Positions 19,141 through 28,388 of a stretch of 64,000 bases of DNA are shown one piece after another (position 1 is the stretch's first letter; the number at the start of each line of letters is the position of its first letter). The translations under genes were made by a program, and so were the position numbers. Source of the DNA: a virus (Duplodnaviria > Caudoviricetes); IMG/VR virus record IMGVR_UViG_3300037507_003370, positions 128,001 through 192,000 of that record, one strand, 5' to 3'. The notes beneath the pieces were generated by a model. The model did not search any database and was not told the origin of the DNA. It saw nothing but the letters and a program-made list of their open reading frames with translations.

Positions 19141-19481
19141 AGAATGTACATTGCTCTAGTGAAAAATCTATCATGAATTATTTTTTTGCTTTTAATTAAA
19201 TTACCAGAGAGAATATTTTTTTCATATTCTTTAGGAATCATTCCAATAAAATAAATATGATTTTCATTATCTATATTACGAACATCATATAACTTGAGCT
19301 CTAACCAATCAATATTAACGTATAAATATTTTTTTACTAATTCTGATAGATTCTCTTTTATGGGCTTTGATGTATCATTATCAATATCTGGTACAACTAG
19401 CTCTGCCTCATCTAATGATAATATATATGATTCATTATTCTGAATATCATATGACATTATAATTAATTTTAATTTATTCAT
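19137..19481 (-). CDS. Hypothetical protein, possibly degenerate Nudix fold
   Basis: Strand/helix pattern like a Nudix domain but no Nudix box; weak. Confidence 0.45.
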   Translation of the reverse strand: MNKLKLIIMSYDIQNNESYILSLDEAELVVPDIDNDTSKPIKENLSELVKKYLYVNIDWLELKLYDVRNIDNENHIYFIGMIPKEYEKNILSGNLIKSKKIIHDRFFTRAMYIL

Positions 19482-20070
19482 ACGTCTTGATTAGTCCTAT
19501 CGCTTTTTTGATATTTTGCCTTATGGCTTCTCTGGTAACTCCGTATATTTTCCCAATTTCATTTAGAGTGAGATTTTCAAAATAATATAGCTTTATTTGT
19601 TCTTTTTGCTTATCACTCAATATATCAGAAGACAATAAAGTATCTATGCACTCAGTAACTGATCCATCCTCTTCTTTTTGTATTAGAATATCTAGCGGGT
19701 CTTGAGCATCACAAGGAATATTACTATAATAGCTTTTTTCAGTAATGTTATCGTCGCTAAAATCTAGTGAGTAGTGTTTATGCTTTGGCGATTTATTGTA
19801 TTTTTTAGTAATATATGTTTGTATAGCCCATATTGCGCATTGGTTTCTATAAGCATACTTACTTTTATGTTGTCCTGTTTTGCCTGTTCTATTTGCATCC
19901 CATTTCCAGTCTGCTTGCATAATGGCTGTAGCAACATCAGATATAGCGTCTTCGTTGGTTAGCATTTCTTTTCTTAAAGATTCATAGAACTTACCAGCAA
20001 ATTTTGATATGGTCTTTTTTGCTAAAGTCATATATGTAGACAGACTTTCAAACTCAATCGTATTTTCCAT
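19474..20070 (-). CDS. Phage RNA polymerase sigma factor (sigma70 family)
   Basis: Region 2-like segment (YAYRNQCAIWAI) and region 4 LSDKQKEQIKLYYFENLTLNEIGKIYGVTREAIRQ. Confidence 0.85.
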   Translation of the reverse strand: MENTIEFESLSTYMTLAKKTISKFAGKFYESLRKEMLTNEDAISDVATAIMQADWKWDANRTGKTGQHKSKYAYRNQCAIWAIQTYITKKYNKSPKHKHYSLDFSDDNITEKSYYSNIPCDAQDPLDILIQKEEDGSVTECIDTLLSSDILSDKQKEQIKLYYFENLTLNEIGKIYGVTREAIRQNIKKAIGLIKTYE

Positions 20071-20104
20071 CCTAAAGCTCCTAGTTAAATTATGTTAAAA
20101 TCAA

Positions 20105-20602
20105 TTATTTAGTCAATTTTTTCCACTGATCTGAATCTGGACGATCTTTATCTCCAGGTTTTGCTGGACGATAATTTTTACCTTCTTTTTCTCTTTTTTT
20201 GCGAATGTTTTCCCAAAGTCCAGGCTTGTCCGCTGATGATATTTTATCGGCAGACTCGGTGACGTACATGATAAAATCATGGATCGTTCTCATATAGTCC
20301 TCTGTGATAGCGATTTTACCTTGTAGCCAGCTTTCTGTCAAGTTTTCTTTAATAGATGGGCTATCTAATGAATTTAGAATATTTTGAGCATGATTAGCAA
20401 TTGCTCTTAGAGACCCAACACTCATTTCATAGAAATCATTTTTATATTCCATCATTTCCATTTCTGGAGACTCTTCTTCAACATCTTCAATTTTTGTAAA
20501 ATCTGTTTCCTCTTCCGAGTTAGACTTATTTATAGGAGCTTTTTGTGCAGCTTCTGTTACGTTTTCTGTTATTGAATTCAACAAGTCATATATTCTATCC
20601 AT
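20105..20602 (-). CDS. Hypothetical protein with phage mini-domains
   Basis: ESWLQGKIAITEDYM helix module plus C-terminal GLWENIRKKR...AKPGDKDRP module. Confidence 0.65.
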   Translation of the reverse strand: MDRIYDLLNSITENVTEAAQKAPINKSNSEEETDFTKIEDVEEESPEMEMMEYKNDFYEMSVGSLRAIANHAQNILNSLDSPSIKENLTESWLQGKIAITEDYMRTIHDFIMYVTESADKISSADKPGLWENIRKKREKEGKNYRPAKPGDKDRPDSDQWKKLTK

Positions 20603-20604
20603 TT

Positions 20605-21147
20605 TTACACCTGTAATGTTAGGAAGTTATCTATACCCATTTGTTCTATTAATTTAATATAGCTTTCATATAATTGAATACCATTTTCACTGCCTTGTAG
20701 AAGAGGAATCATAATTTGAGCTGTAAGTTCGTCCCCTATACTTCTAGCAGCTAATATTGTAGCTTTTTCTGTTTCAGCAGCTTCTTTAACTGATGCTAAA
20801 TTATATCGTATCATTGCTAACATATCATGGCGAGTCCAAGAAGGGGGACTAACAACTAAAGGTTGATAATCTATATCAAAGAACTCTAATCTTTTAAGAT
20901 TTTCTATAGAATGTTGATGCTCTTCTTCTGCATCTGCCTTGATAACAGCAGCTAATTTTTTATATCCCCATCTTTCCAAGTGAGCGGCTTGGGCTGTTAA
21001 TGATGTGGTCTGTTGCCAATGAATATTGAGAGATTTTTTAAGTAACTCTACCACATTCAGATTAGCTTGGCTAATATTAGTTTCTGTTGATGTTGACCCC
21101 TCTACAGTAATGGATTGATTTTTTAATAGTTCTTCTATAGATTGCAT
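20605..21147 (-). CDS. Bacterioferritin-like protein with degenerate ferroxidase centre
   Basis: VVELLKKSL...ERWGYKKLA...EEEHQH...RLEFFD and KLIEQMGIDNFL..Q match Bfr; start at MQSIEE (SD AAGGA). Confidence 0.75.
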   Translation of the reverse strand: MQSIEELLKNQSITVEGSTSTETNISQANLNVVELLKKSLNIHWQQTTSLTAQAAHLERWGYKKLAAVIKADAEEEHQHSIENLKRLEFFDIDYQPLVVSPPSWTRHDMLAMIRYNLASVKEAAETEKATILAARSIGDELTAQIMIPLLQGSENGIQLYESYIKLIEQMGIDNFLTLQV

Positions 21148-21167
21148 ATTAGTTATTTCCTTTGAAT

Positions 21168-21680
21168 TTACCATGCTTTACAGGACCAGTAACGAGCTTT
21201 CCATTTAGGACCAGGATTATCACAATTATGTCTTGCTCTAAAACTTTTACGCCTTTCGGGAATGTTCTTTTTTATTTTCATATTAGGATCGCCAAAATTA
21301 ACTTTGACTACATTTCCTTTTTCGTTCTTTACATATACGCTAAATTTTTTGGGGCCATCAGGCGTTCTAAATGGTTTGTTTAGAGTAACTTTTCTTCCAT
21401 TTTTTTCAGCTGCAATAATCTTACCATCCTCATCGATAATTTCTGATGCTTCTATTTCTATTACAAATTCATCCCACTCATCATCCCAAGAGTAATTATT
21501 AGCTAGCAATTCGTTATGAACTTGCTCTATAAGAGAAGATCCTTTTGTTTTTGTTTGAGATAGACACACAGCGACTCTTTGTTTTGTGTCTTCGTAGTCT
21601 TTTTTCATCACTTCATCGCTCATGCATCTTGAAACGAACTTTTGATTATCTTCATTTTTTTCTGGTTTAGGAATAGGCAT
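21168..21680 (-). CDS. Two-module conserved phage protein
   Basis: N-terminal MPIPKP...FVSRCM...QRVAVC; C-terminal KVNFGDPNM...RRKSFRARHNCD...ARYWSC. Confidence 0.75.
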   Translation of the reverse strand: MPIPKPEKNEDNQKFVSRCMSDEVMKKDYEDTKQRVAVCLSQTKTKGSSLIEQVHNELLANNYSWDDEWDEFVIEIEASEIIDEDGKIIAAEKNGRKVTLNKPFRTPDGPKKFSVYVKNEKGNVVKVNFGDPNMKIKKNIPERRKSFRARHNCDNPGPKWKARYWSCKAW

Positions 21681-21691
21681 AGTATTTCTCC

Positions 21692-22765
21692 TTACTTTGA
21701 TATACACTGAATCAAAGCATCAGTGGCATTGCTCCACGATAACTTTTCGGCCATTTCTAAACCATTTGGATTAGTATTTATTCTATTTTTATAGGCATAT
21801 CTCATAAATTCTTTGAATTGATCAATTTCTTTATCTCCTATTTTTGCCCATTTTCCAAAATTTCTAAAGTATTTATTATCATTGGCCAATTCTAAATCTG
21901 TTATTTCAACAAGAAAAGAATTTTTTTCATTACAAAAAGCGGTATGGGCTGAATAATTAGTTGTTATGACTGGCTTATTCATAGCCATCATTTCAAGTAA
22001 CTCCAAATTCCAGCCTTCTGCTCTTGATGGAAATATCCCACAATCTGCATAACTCATTAATTGAGCAACTTCTTCTTGAGTATTAAGCCTTGGAAATATT
22101 TTAATTTTATCTTTAAGCTTACTATTCATATATAATGAATGCCAGTATTCTAATTCCTGAGAACTAAAAGCAGCTTCTGAAGATGATCCATTTATCCATA
22201 GCTCTACATCATCTTCCTCTGAAAATGTTTCATTAAATAAATTAATTAATATATCATGTCCTTTTCTTATTTCCCATTTTCCTATATTCATAAATACATA
22301 TTTTTTAGGATCTTTTAGCGACGGCTTAATTGTATGATCAAATAAACTTACATTAACGCCTAAAGGAACAATATCTATAGTTTTATTTATTCCATTACTT
22401 TCTAATACTTTCTTTGCCCATTCACATGTAACTATAATATGATCTGTACTATTTAGATGATGAATTTCTTTTTTTGTTAAATCTGTTAGTTCAAAAAATG
22501 GAAATGCAAAAAATTTACCAGTACCTATTCTAGCACCCAAATCAAATTGATGCCATATTTTTAAACACGGAGCATCTTTATCAAAATCTTCTTGTTTTTC
22601 AAAACTTTTGAAACAAGCGGCCGCATCATCTTGGTTTTCAGCATTAATCTGTCCCATTGGGAAAAGGGTGACATTATGTTGCTTATCATAAAGTTGCTTT
22701 AGGAAATTAATGCCAGCAACGCCATATCCAGTATATCCTATTGCAGAGAAAAAGTTGATATTCAT
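21692..22765 (-). CDS. Glycosyltransferase, GT-B fold (GT4-like)
   Basis: TGYG, IVPLGVN, IGKWEIRKGHDIL, FPSRAEGWNLELLEMMAMNKPVI. Confidence 0.9.
   Translation of the reverse strand: MNINFFSAIGYTGYGVAGINFLKQLYDKQHNVTLFPMGQINAENQDDAAACFKSFEKQEDFDKDAPCLKIWHQFDLGARIGTGKFFAFPFFELTDLTKKEIHHLNSTDHIIVTCEWAKKVLESNGINKTIDIVPLGVNVSLFDHTIKPSLKDPKKYVFMNIGKWEIRKGHDILINLFNETFSEEDDVELWINGSSSEAAFSSQELEYWHSLYMNSKLKDKIKIFPRLNTQEEVAQLMSYADCGIFPSRAEGWNLELLEMMAMNKPVITTNYSAHTAFCNEKNSFLVEITDLELANDNKYFRNFGKWAKIGDKEIDQFKEFMRYAYKNRINTNPNGLEMAEKLSWSNATDALIQCISK
21701..21708 (-). promoter_or_regulatory. RGTGTAT-type motif
   Basis: AGTGTATA immediately upstream of SD AAGGAG for 21680. Confidence 0.4.
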
Positions 22766-23880
22766 TTTTCATATATCCTATTGTGGGTGTTGTTTACTTG
22801 TATAAATGTCGTTTTTTTGCCGAAATCTTTTATTTTATTTGCTCCTATATATGTGCAGGCGCTTCGTATTCCTCCACAAATATCTTGTACGATATCTTCA
22901 GCCGTTCCCTTATATGGAACTATGACGCATTTGCCTTCTGCTGTTCTGTATTTTGCTATTCCATTATGGTGTTTATCCATAGCATTTTTGCTACTCATCC
23001 CATAATATTGTAAAGATACTTTTCTTTTTTCAGTATTTGGGTCACCAGGATCGTATGGCTGATATCCTCCACTCCTCATTTTATATTCATATTTCCATTC
23101 TCCTTCACATTCATTTGCTCCAGCGAACATACTACCAAGCATAACAAAATCACTATTTGCTCCAAATGCTTTACAAATATCTCCTACTACTTTGCATCCA
23201 CCATCTGAACAGATATGTCCTCCAAGACCATGAGCAGCATCTGTACATTCCATTACAGCACTCAATTGAGGGTATCCAACGCCAGTTTTTAAACGAGTGG
23301 TACATACACTACCTGAACCTATACCAACCTTGACTATATCAACCTGACCATGAATTATTAATTCTTCTGTCATTTCTGGAGTAACAACATTTCCGGCCAT
23401 TATAACTGATTCTGGAAATAGTTTTCTTATATGAGCTGCTGTTTTTACAAATTGTTCAGTATATCCATTCGCAATATCTAAACATATATTTGGGCCTGGA
23501 CGATGTTTGCCTTCTGTCAGATGGTTATGAACGTAAGATAATTTTTCTAGATCTTTCTGTCCAGTTCCTATGGAATAGAAAACTAGGTCTTTATTAGGAA
23601 TATTGGGATCGCTATAAAAATCAATATATTTATCTGGTGAATAATGCTTATGTAAACAAGTTATGGCACTATGCTTGACTAGTGATTTAGCCATAGCAAA
23701 AGTTCCGACAGTATCCATATTAGCTACCATAATTGGTACTGCCAATAATTTTCTTGGAGAATATTTAAATTTAAATTCTCTATGAATACATACATCAGAT
23801 CTGCTATTGAGTGTGGATCTTTTAGGACGAATAAGAACATCGTCAAAATCTAGTTTAATTTCATTAATTATTTTTTGCAT
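22762..23880 (-). CDS. guaC: GMP reductase
   Basis: LDFDDVLIRPKRS, ANMDTVGT, DIANGY, KVGIGSGSVCTTR, YYGMSS, GGIRSACTY. Confidence 0.9.
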   Translation of the reverse strand: MQKIINEIKLDFDDVLIRPKRSTLNSRSDVCIHREFKFKYSPRKLLAVPIMVANMDTVGTFAMAKSLVKHSAITCLHKHYSPDKYIDFYSDPNIPNKDLVFYSIGTGQKDLEKLSYVHNHLTEGKHRPGPNICLDIANGYTEQFVKTAAHIRKLFPESVIMAGNVVTPEMTEELIIHGQVDIVKVGIGSGSVCTTRLKTGVGYPQLSAVMECTDAAHGLGGHICSDGGCKVVGDICKAFGANSDFVMLGSMFAGANECEGEWKYEYKMRSGGYQPYDPGDPNTEKRKVSLQYYGMSSKNAMDKHHNGIAKYRTAEGKCVIVPYKGTAEDIVQDICGGIRSACTYIGANKIKDFGKKTTFIQVNNTHNRIYEK

Positions 23881-24598
23881 AGTTTTCCCAATTAATATTA
23901 TTATTTATGTCGTTAGAAGTATAAGTGGTTCTTTGATGATAAAAATGCCAGATAGGATCGGATACATATGTTCCGTTAGTATCTCCTATGTTCTGTACGC
24001 GAGAAATTAATGGCTTTATTTGTAGTAGTCTTTTGCCTCCACTAAACAAAGAATTATTCAAATGAGTGTCCCAAGAAATTCCTCCATTTCTTGGAGATAA
24101 TTGCTTCGTCCAATTGTCTTGAATAATTTTCCATTTATTTGACCAAAAGGCACAACCCCAAGCACAAAAGAATCTTTGAGAAATAACTTTATACGTGTCT
24201 GTTTCATTTATTTGTTCTGTTTTATTATATCCTGTGATAGAATAAACGTTTTCATCATTTTCATATTTCTCAAATACATACTTATAGTATTGTAATGAAT
24301 CCTTTGTAATAGGAGTATCATCTTCTATATGTAGAATATATGGAGAGTATTTAGAGTCAACAGCTCTTTGTATAGCCGATAAAGTATTACGATTACATCC
24401 TATTGGAGTGTAATTGATTTGCATATCTTTTTCTAATGTAAAATCATCAAATACGGATATTATTTCGTCAGAATAAAAATCAGCGCTTACGAAAAGTTTT
24501 ATATTTAGATTTGTAATATCACAAGATAGAATGCTGGATAGTACTTGTCGCAGCATTTCTTTTCTTCTAAAACAAGTGATAGATAATGCTATATTCAT
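23864..24598 (-). CDS. Glycosyltransferase, GT-A fold
   Basis: TCFRR, IGCNRN, LHIEDD, FCAWG..FW..KW, SRVQNIG. Confidence 0.75.
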   Translation of the reverse strand: MNIALSITCFRRKEMLRQVLSSILSCDITNLNIKLFVSADFYSDEIISVFDDFTLEKDMQINYTPIGCNRNTLSAIQRAVDSKYSPYILHIEDDTPITKDSLQYYKYVFEKYENDENVYSITGYNKTEQINETDTYKVISQRFFCAWGCAFWSNKWKIIQDNWTKQLSPRNGGISWDTHLNNSLFSGGKRLLQIKPLISRVQNIGDTNGTYVSDPIWHFYHQRTTYTSNDINNNINWENYAKNN

Positions 24599-25128
24599 AT
24601 ATTAAAGAAATACCATCTATTATGAGAATCTATATTTGCAGCAGTATCTATAGAATTCAGATAAGACTTAATCTCATCCCAAGAAGAAAAGATCATCATG
24701 TGCGGTATTGTTCCAAATAGCCAATCTGGAGTATTCTTTTTTCCTTGAACCATGTGTATTATGATTGGTTTTTTTTGACGATTTGCCCAAAAAATTTCTT
24801 CATATGTTCCACAGGGATGAACATCTAGATCAAGATTGACTATCAAGAAATCACTAATATCAACGAGTCTTAAATCAACTGATCGTATAGTTTTCATTAA
24901 CGAAGATAATTCATTATAGCTTTCTTGTAATTTTAATTGAGTTTTGAGTTTATGTGTCTCATTATCCTCTTGACCAAGAATGGTTGGTTTTTTTATCGGA
25001 TTAAAAACAACAACTCCGATTTCTTCTAAAAATGGAGTTATATTATCTCTCCATCCATTTCCTCTGTCTGGAACTCTATCCATAGCACCAGCAAGATAAA
25101 CTCTTTGATTTTTTAGTCTATTATTCAT
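24595..25128 (-). CDS. Nucleoside 2-deoxyribosyltransferase/N-hydrolase-like protein
   Basis: VYLAGAM, DLRLVDISDFLIV, GTYEEIFWA...KPII. Confidence 0.75.
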   Translation of the reverse strand: MNNRLKNQRVYLAGAMDRVPDRGNGWRDNITPFLEEIGVVVFNPIKKPTILGQEDNETHKLKTQLKLQESYNELSSLMKTIRSVDLRLVDISDFLIVNLDLDVHPCGTYEEIFWANRQKKPIIIHMVQGKKNTPDWLFGTIPHMMIFSSWDEIKSYLNSIDTAANIDSHNRWYFFNI

Positions 25129-25130
25129 TT

Positions 25131-25274
25131 TCAATAATCAATAAACATATAGGATACAAAATTTTTTGATCTTTTGATGCCATTGTCAAAAGTTCCATTA
25201 TTGATCTTTTTAAGATCAGTAAGTCCTTTGGTAATCCCAGCAAATATAGCCAAAACCAATAATATATATGTCAT
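25131..25274 (-). CDS. Small membrane protein (47 aa)
   Basis: MTYILLVLAIFAGITKG hydrophobic start; fills the gap. Confidence 0.45.
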   Translation of the reverse strand: MTYILLVLAIFAGITKGLTDLKKINNGTFDNGIKRSKNFVSYMFIDY

Positions 25275-25281
25275 ATCAATT

Positions 25282-25857
25282 CTATTTTTTAATAAAAGTA
25301 GTGTTAGGTTGGTAAACAAAAGTTGTGTAATCTCCCCATATATCATCTATCAAGTCACTTATGAAGGACCAGTTACCTCCAGAAAATCCGCATCCAAATT
25401 TTGGGGCATGTATTTGGAATAAGGGTCTATTAGATACATTTTTATCAATATTGTTTTTTATAAAAATACTAATATGAGACATGCATTTGGCTAAAGATCC
25501 ATAGTTTATTAGTCTCTTATTAGATAATTTTGAAGGTTGATTGTGGCAAATCATATTTGCAAAAATTAATTTGTGTCTATATTCTGATTTTATTGGAATA
25601 TCTATAAATTGCACATGTCCAGGATTTGTTTTAATAAAATTTTGACCTAGTAACAAAAAATTTGTTTCTACTTCTGGATAAAGATCCGCAATGTTCTTGG
25701 CAAAACCATTTTTAAAGGTATTTGTATTTCCGCATATATGAGGAATTAAGATAGAAGATCCATTAACACCTGATTTTAGAATACTGTTGACAGTATCAAA
25801 TATATTATTCTGACTCATTCTAAAAGAATGAGAATTGATTAGAGCGTTTCTTGGCAT
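25282..25857 (-). CDS. Macrodomain protein (Poa1/DarG-like), divergent
   Basis: IPHIC, GFAKNIADLYPEV, IFANMI, HAPKFGCGFSGGNW..I..LI. Confidence 0.7.
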   Translation of the reverse strand: MPRNALINSHSFRMSQNNIFDTVNSILKSGVNGSSILIPHICGNTNTFKNGFAKNIADLYPEVETNFLLLGQNFIKTNPGHVQFIDIPIKSEYRHKLIFANMICHNQPSKLSNKRLINYGSLAKCMSHISIFIKNNIDKNVSNRPLFQIHAPKFGCGFSGGNWSFISDLIDDIWGDYTTFVYQPNTTFIKK

Positions 25858-25876
25858 GGTTCTTCTCCTTTAACGT

Positions 25877-25904
25877 ATGATAGCACAAAAGGAGCCGAAG
25901 TCAA
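25877..25904 (-). promoter_or_regulatory. sigma70-type promoter
   Basis: TTGACT-N16-TATCAT with TGn, then SD AAGGAG. Confidence 0.6.
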
Positions 25905-25913
25905 ATCATGTAT

Positions 25914-27218
25914 TCATGGCGTTTCGTCACAATAGTGTCTGGACTCTAGGATACCATACCTGAGATAGTGAACTTTTGCTTTTATCTCGTTTGTTATTTC
26001 GCCTTTTTTAAGATCTGAATTTAATGATAGATATTTTTTCCAATCAAAATTTGAAGGAAGTTTATTTAAATTATATATACGTCCTTCTTTTGATCCATTA
26101 TTAATAAAATGACTTAAAGCATAAGCTTCTATAGCGTTTTCTGATAGTGCATGAATTGGTATTTCTTTTATTATATCTTCATTACATATGAGATATATAT
26201 TATATTCAAATTGATCAGGAATGCCCAATGATTTATATATTTTGTTTCTATTTTCATCATTAATTTTTAAAAATTTACCATAAGTATCTGGATATGTATC
26301 TATAAAAGGAAACAAAAAATAAGAAGAGTCATACTTATCTATTTTTTTTGAAATGTTTCCATATTTTTCAATCATCTTATTATTAAGAATTAGATTAGAC
26401 TCAGTAAATATAGAGAATATATACTTATTTTGAGTTTTGTATACCTCTCTTGAGGTATCTTCTTTGCCATCATTTTTCCATGACCCATTCCTTACTCTAT
26501 TAAATTTTCTAGTTAAGTAATAGTTAAGTGATTGTGTAATATAATGGGCTAAAAAAATATCAGCTTTTGTCGGATCTAGATTATCAGGCAAGATAATACT
26601 TTTAGAATTTGGGTGGTGTGCTCTGTGTTCAAAGTGAATATAATCATGATATATAGAATCAGCAGATATATAATTTTGAATTTTATTATCCCAAATAATA
26701 TGATCTATTAATATTTTTGATTTTATCAAACACTTCATAGTTGGAGATGGTGGCTCTTGGCTACTGTAGGATACAACAGAATTGGAGTACTGAAAAGTAT
26801 CAATAATTGAATCATAAATTGATTGATTCTCTATAAATCCGTGACCAAATAATATCCATCTAAAACCTATGGTATCATATTCATTATAACCATCAGATAA
26901 AAATTCTTGGATAGTATCATAATTTTTTAGATATAGAAATTCATCAGCATCAATAAAGAAACAATATTCATAATTATTTTTAGATAAAATATTATCAATA
27001 AAATATTTAGCATCAGATCCTTGTGATCCGGTTTCATATTTTAATATAGTTATTAGTGATAAATATTTTTTATCTATAAAATACTGTATATTAAATTTAG
27101 AATTTAAATCTTCTCTGATAAATATATGATTGAAACCTAAATTTATGTAATGAGATATAAACTGATTAATATTTAATTCATCTAAACATGTACAATATAT
27201 ACAACATGTATCATTCAT
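25914..27218 (-). CDS. GT-A glycosyltransferase (GT2/GT92-like) with two C-terminal FDW..Y modules
   Basis: HYINLGFNHIFI, FIDADEFLYL, RWILFG, AHYITQS. Confidence 0.75.
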   Translation of the reverse strand: MNDTCCIYCTCLDELNINQFISHYINLGFNHIFIREDLNSKFNIQYFIDKKYLSLITILKYETGSQGSDAKYFIDNILSKNNYEYCFFIDADEFLYLKNYDTIQEFLSDGYNEYDTIGFRWILFGHGFIENQSIYDSIIDTFQYSNSVVSYSSQEPPSPTMKCLIKSKILIDHIIWDNKIQNYISADSIYHDYIHFEHRAHHPNSKSIILPDNLDPTKADIFLAHYITQSLNYYLTRKFNRVRNGSWKNDGKEDTSREVYKTQNKYIFSIFTESNLILNNKMIEKYGNISKKIDKYDSSYFLFPFIDTYPDTYGKFLKINDENRNKIYKSLGIPDQFEYNIYLICNEDIIKEIPIHALSENAIEAYALSHFINNGSKEGRIYNLNKLPSNFDWKKYLSLNSDLKKGEITNEIKAKVHYLRYGILESRHYCDETP

Positions 27219-27226
27219 ATAATTTT

Positions 27227-27916
27227 TTAATAGGTTGAGGTATTATATCCAGTATTGTAACAGCATCCATTAACCAGATGAGCAGCCCTGTAATTATTTT
27301 TCATTGCAATAAGATTACATTTATATTCTGTTATAACTCCAGGCTCATTTTCATTATCCATGTGTTCTGCATAGCCATTTGGAAAAAATTTATTATAATC
27401 CGATTTTCTTCTTAATCCAGGATTGAAACTAAATCCACACCAATTTCCTGTATTTGGAACAGATACCATTCTGTATTTTATATTATTTCCAATAGATAAG
27501 ATATTATTTTCAAAAAGAGTTTTATAACTTCCTTCATTTTCAGCCATATGATCATGGGAGTGTCTACACCATATCTGATGTATATCTGGTCTACGAGAAA
27601 GTATTTCTATAGAATCAAGAATAAAATTTTTATTACCACCAAAAATATAATCATCTTCTATATGAAATATATATTCCGTATCAATCATATTATATATTTT
27701 GTCTATGGATTTAATTTGACCAATTCTAGATTCGTTTTTCAAGAAATCAACATCTGGATATTTATCTTTTAATAAAACAAGATCTACTGCTGGATTATCT
27801 TCTAAAACAATAAATCTTTCAATAGGATAAGTATTAAGGTTTAAAAATGTTAATATACATTGATCTAATGATTGTATTCTACCATAAGATGTTACACAGA
27901 CGCTTACTTTGGTCAT
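27227..27916 (-). CDS. GT2-like glycosyltransferase
   Basis: VTSYGR, GQIKSID, IFHIEDDY, GFSFNPGLRR. Confidence 0.8.
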   Translation of the reverse strand: MTKVSVCVTSYGRIQSLDQCILTFLNLNTYPIERFIVLEDNPAVDLVLLKDKYPDVDFLKNESRIGQIKSIDKIYNMIDTEYIFHIEDDYIFGGNKNFILDSIEILSRRPDIHQIWCRHSHDHMAENEGSYKTLFENNILSIGNNIKYRMVSVPNTGNWCGFSFNPGLRRKSDYNKFFPNGYAEHMDNENEPGVITEYKCNLIAMKNNYRAAHLVNGCCYNTGYNTSTY

Positions 27917-28159
27917 TTACCATCTTCCTTCTGGGCATTTTTGATCAGCCCATGCTAATTTATTTAGAAATATTTTTTTATTAGATAGATTGCATCCGCA
28001 TATCTTACATTCTGATTTAACAGAATCGTATTTCTCGCAAGCAACACATATGTTAAATCTTCTATTTATTTCTTCTTGAGAACTTTTAGGCAAGCCTGCG
28101 TTAATATGAAACCATAAAGATCTTAAAAAGGTTTTGATTTTAATAATTGTTAATGTCAT
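27917..28159 (-). CDS. Small Cys-rich protein
   Basis: RFNICVAC...CKICGC...KCPEGRW. Confidence 0.7.
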   Translation of the reverse strand: MTLTIIKIKTFLRSLWFHINAGLPKSSQEEINRRFNICVACEKYDSVKSECKICGCNLSNKKIFLNKLAWADQKCPEGRW

Positions 28160-28388
28160 CTTTTTTCGTTTCTATGAAAGGAACTATATTATTATCTTTA
28201 TCAGTATAGAATAATTGTATAATTTCTATCATTGTATTAGGCTCTAGCCATCTAGAAGAACCATCAGTTATAGAAATGCAAAGTCTTTGTCCGTTCTTTT
28301 TAAAATCGGATGTTACTATATAATAGCAATTATTATGGTTGATACAATTTCCACTATTGACTAATTCAATGTATTTCATTTTTTCCAT
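28140..28388 (-). CDS. Hypothetical protein (82 aa)
   Basis: Coupled ORF. Confidence 0.55.
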   Translation of the reverse strand: MEKMKYIELVNSGNCINHNNCYYIVTSDFKKNGQRLCISITDGSSRWLEPNTMIEIIQLFYTDKDNNIVPFIETKKDDINNY

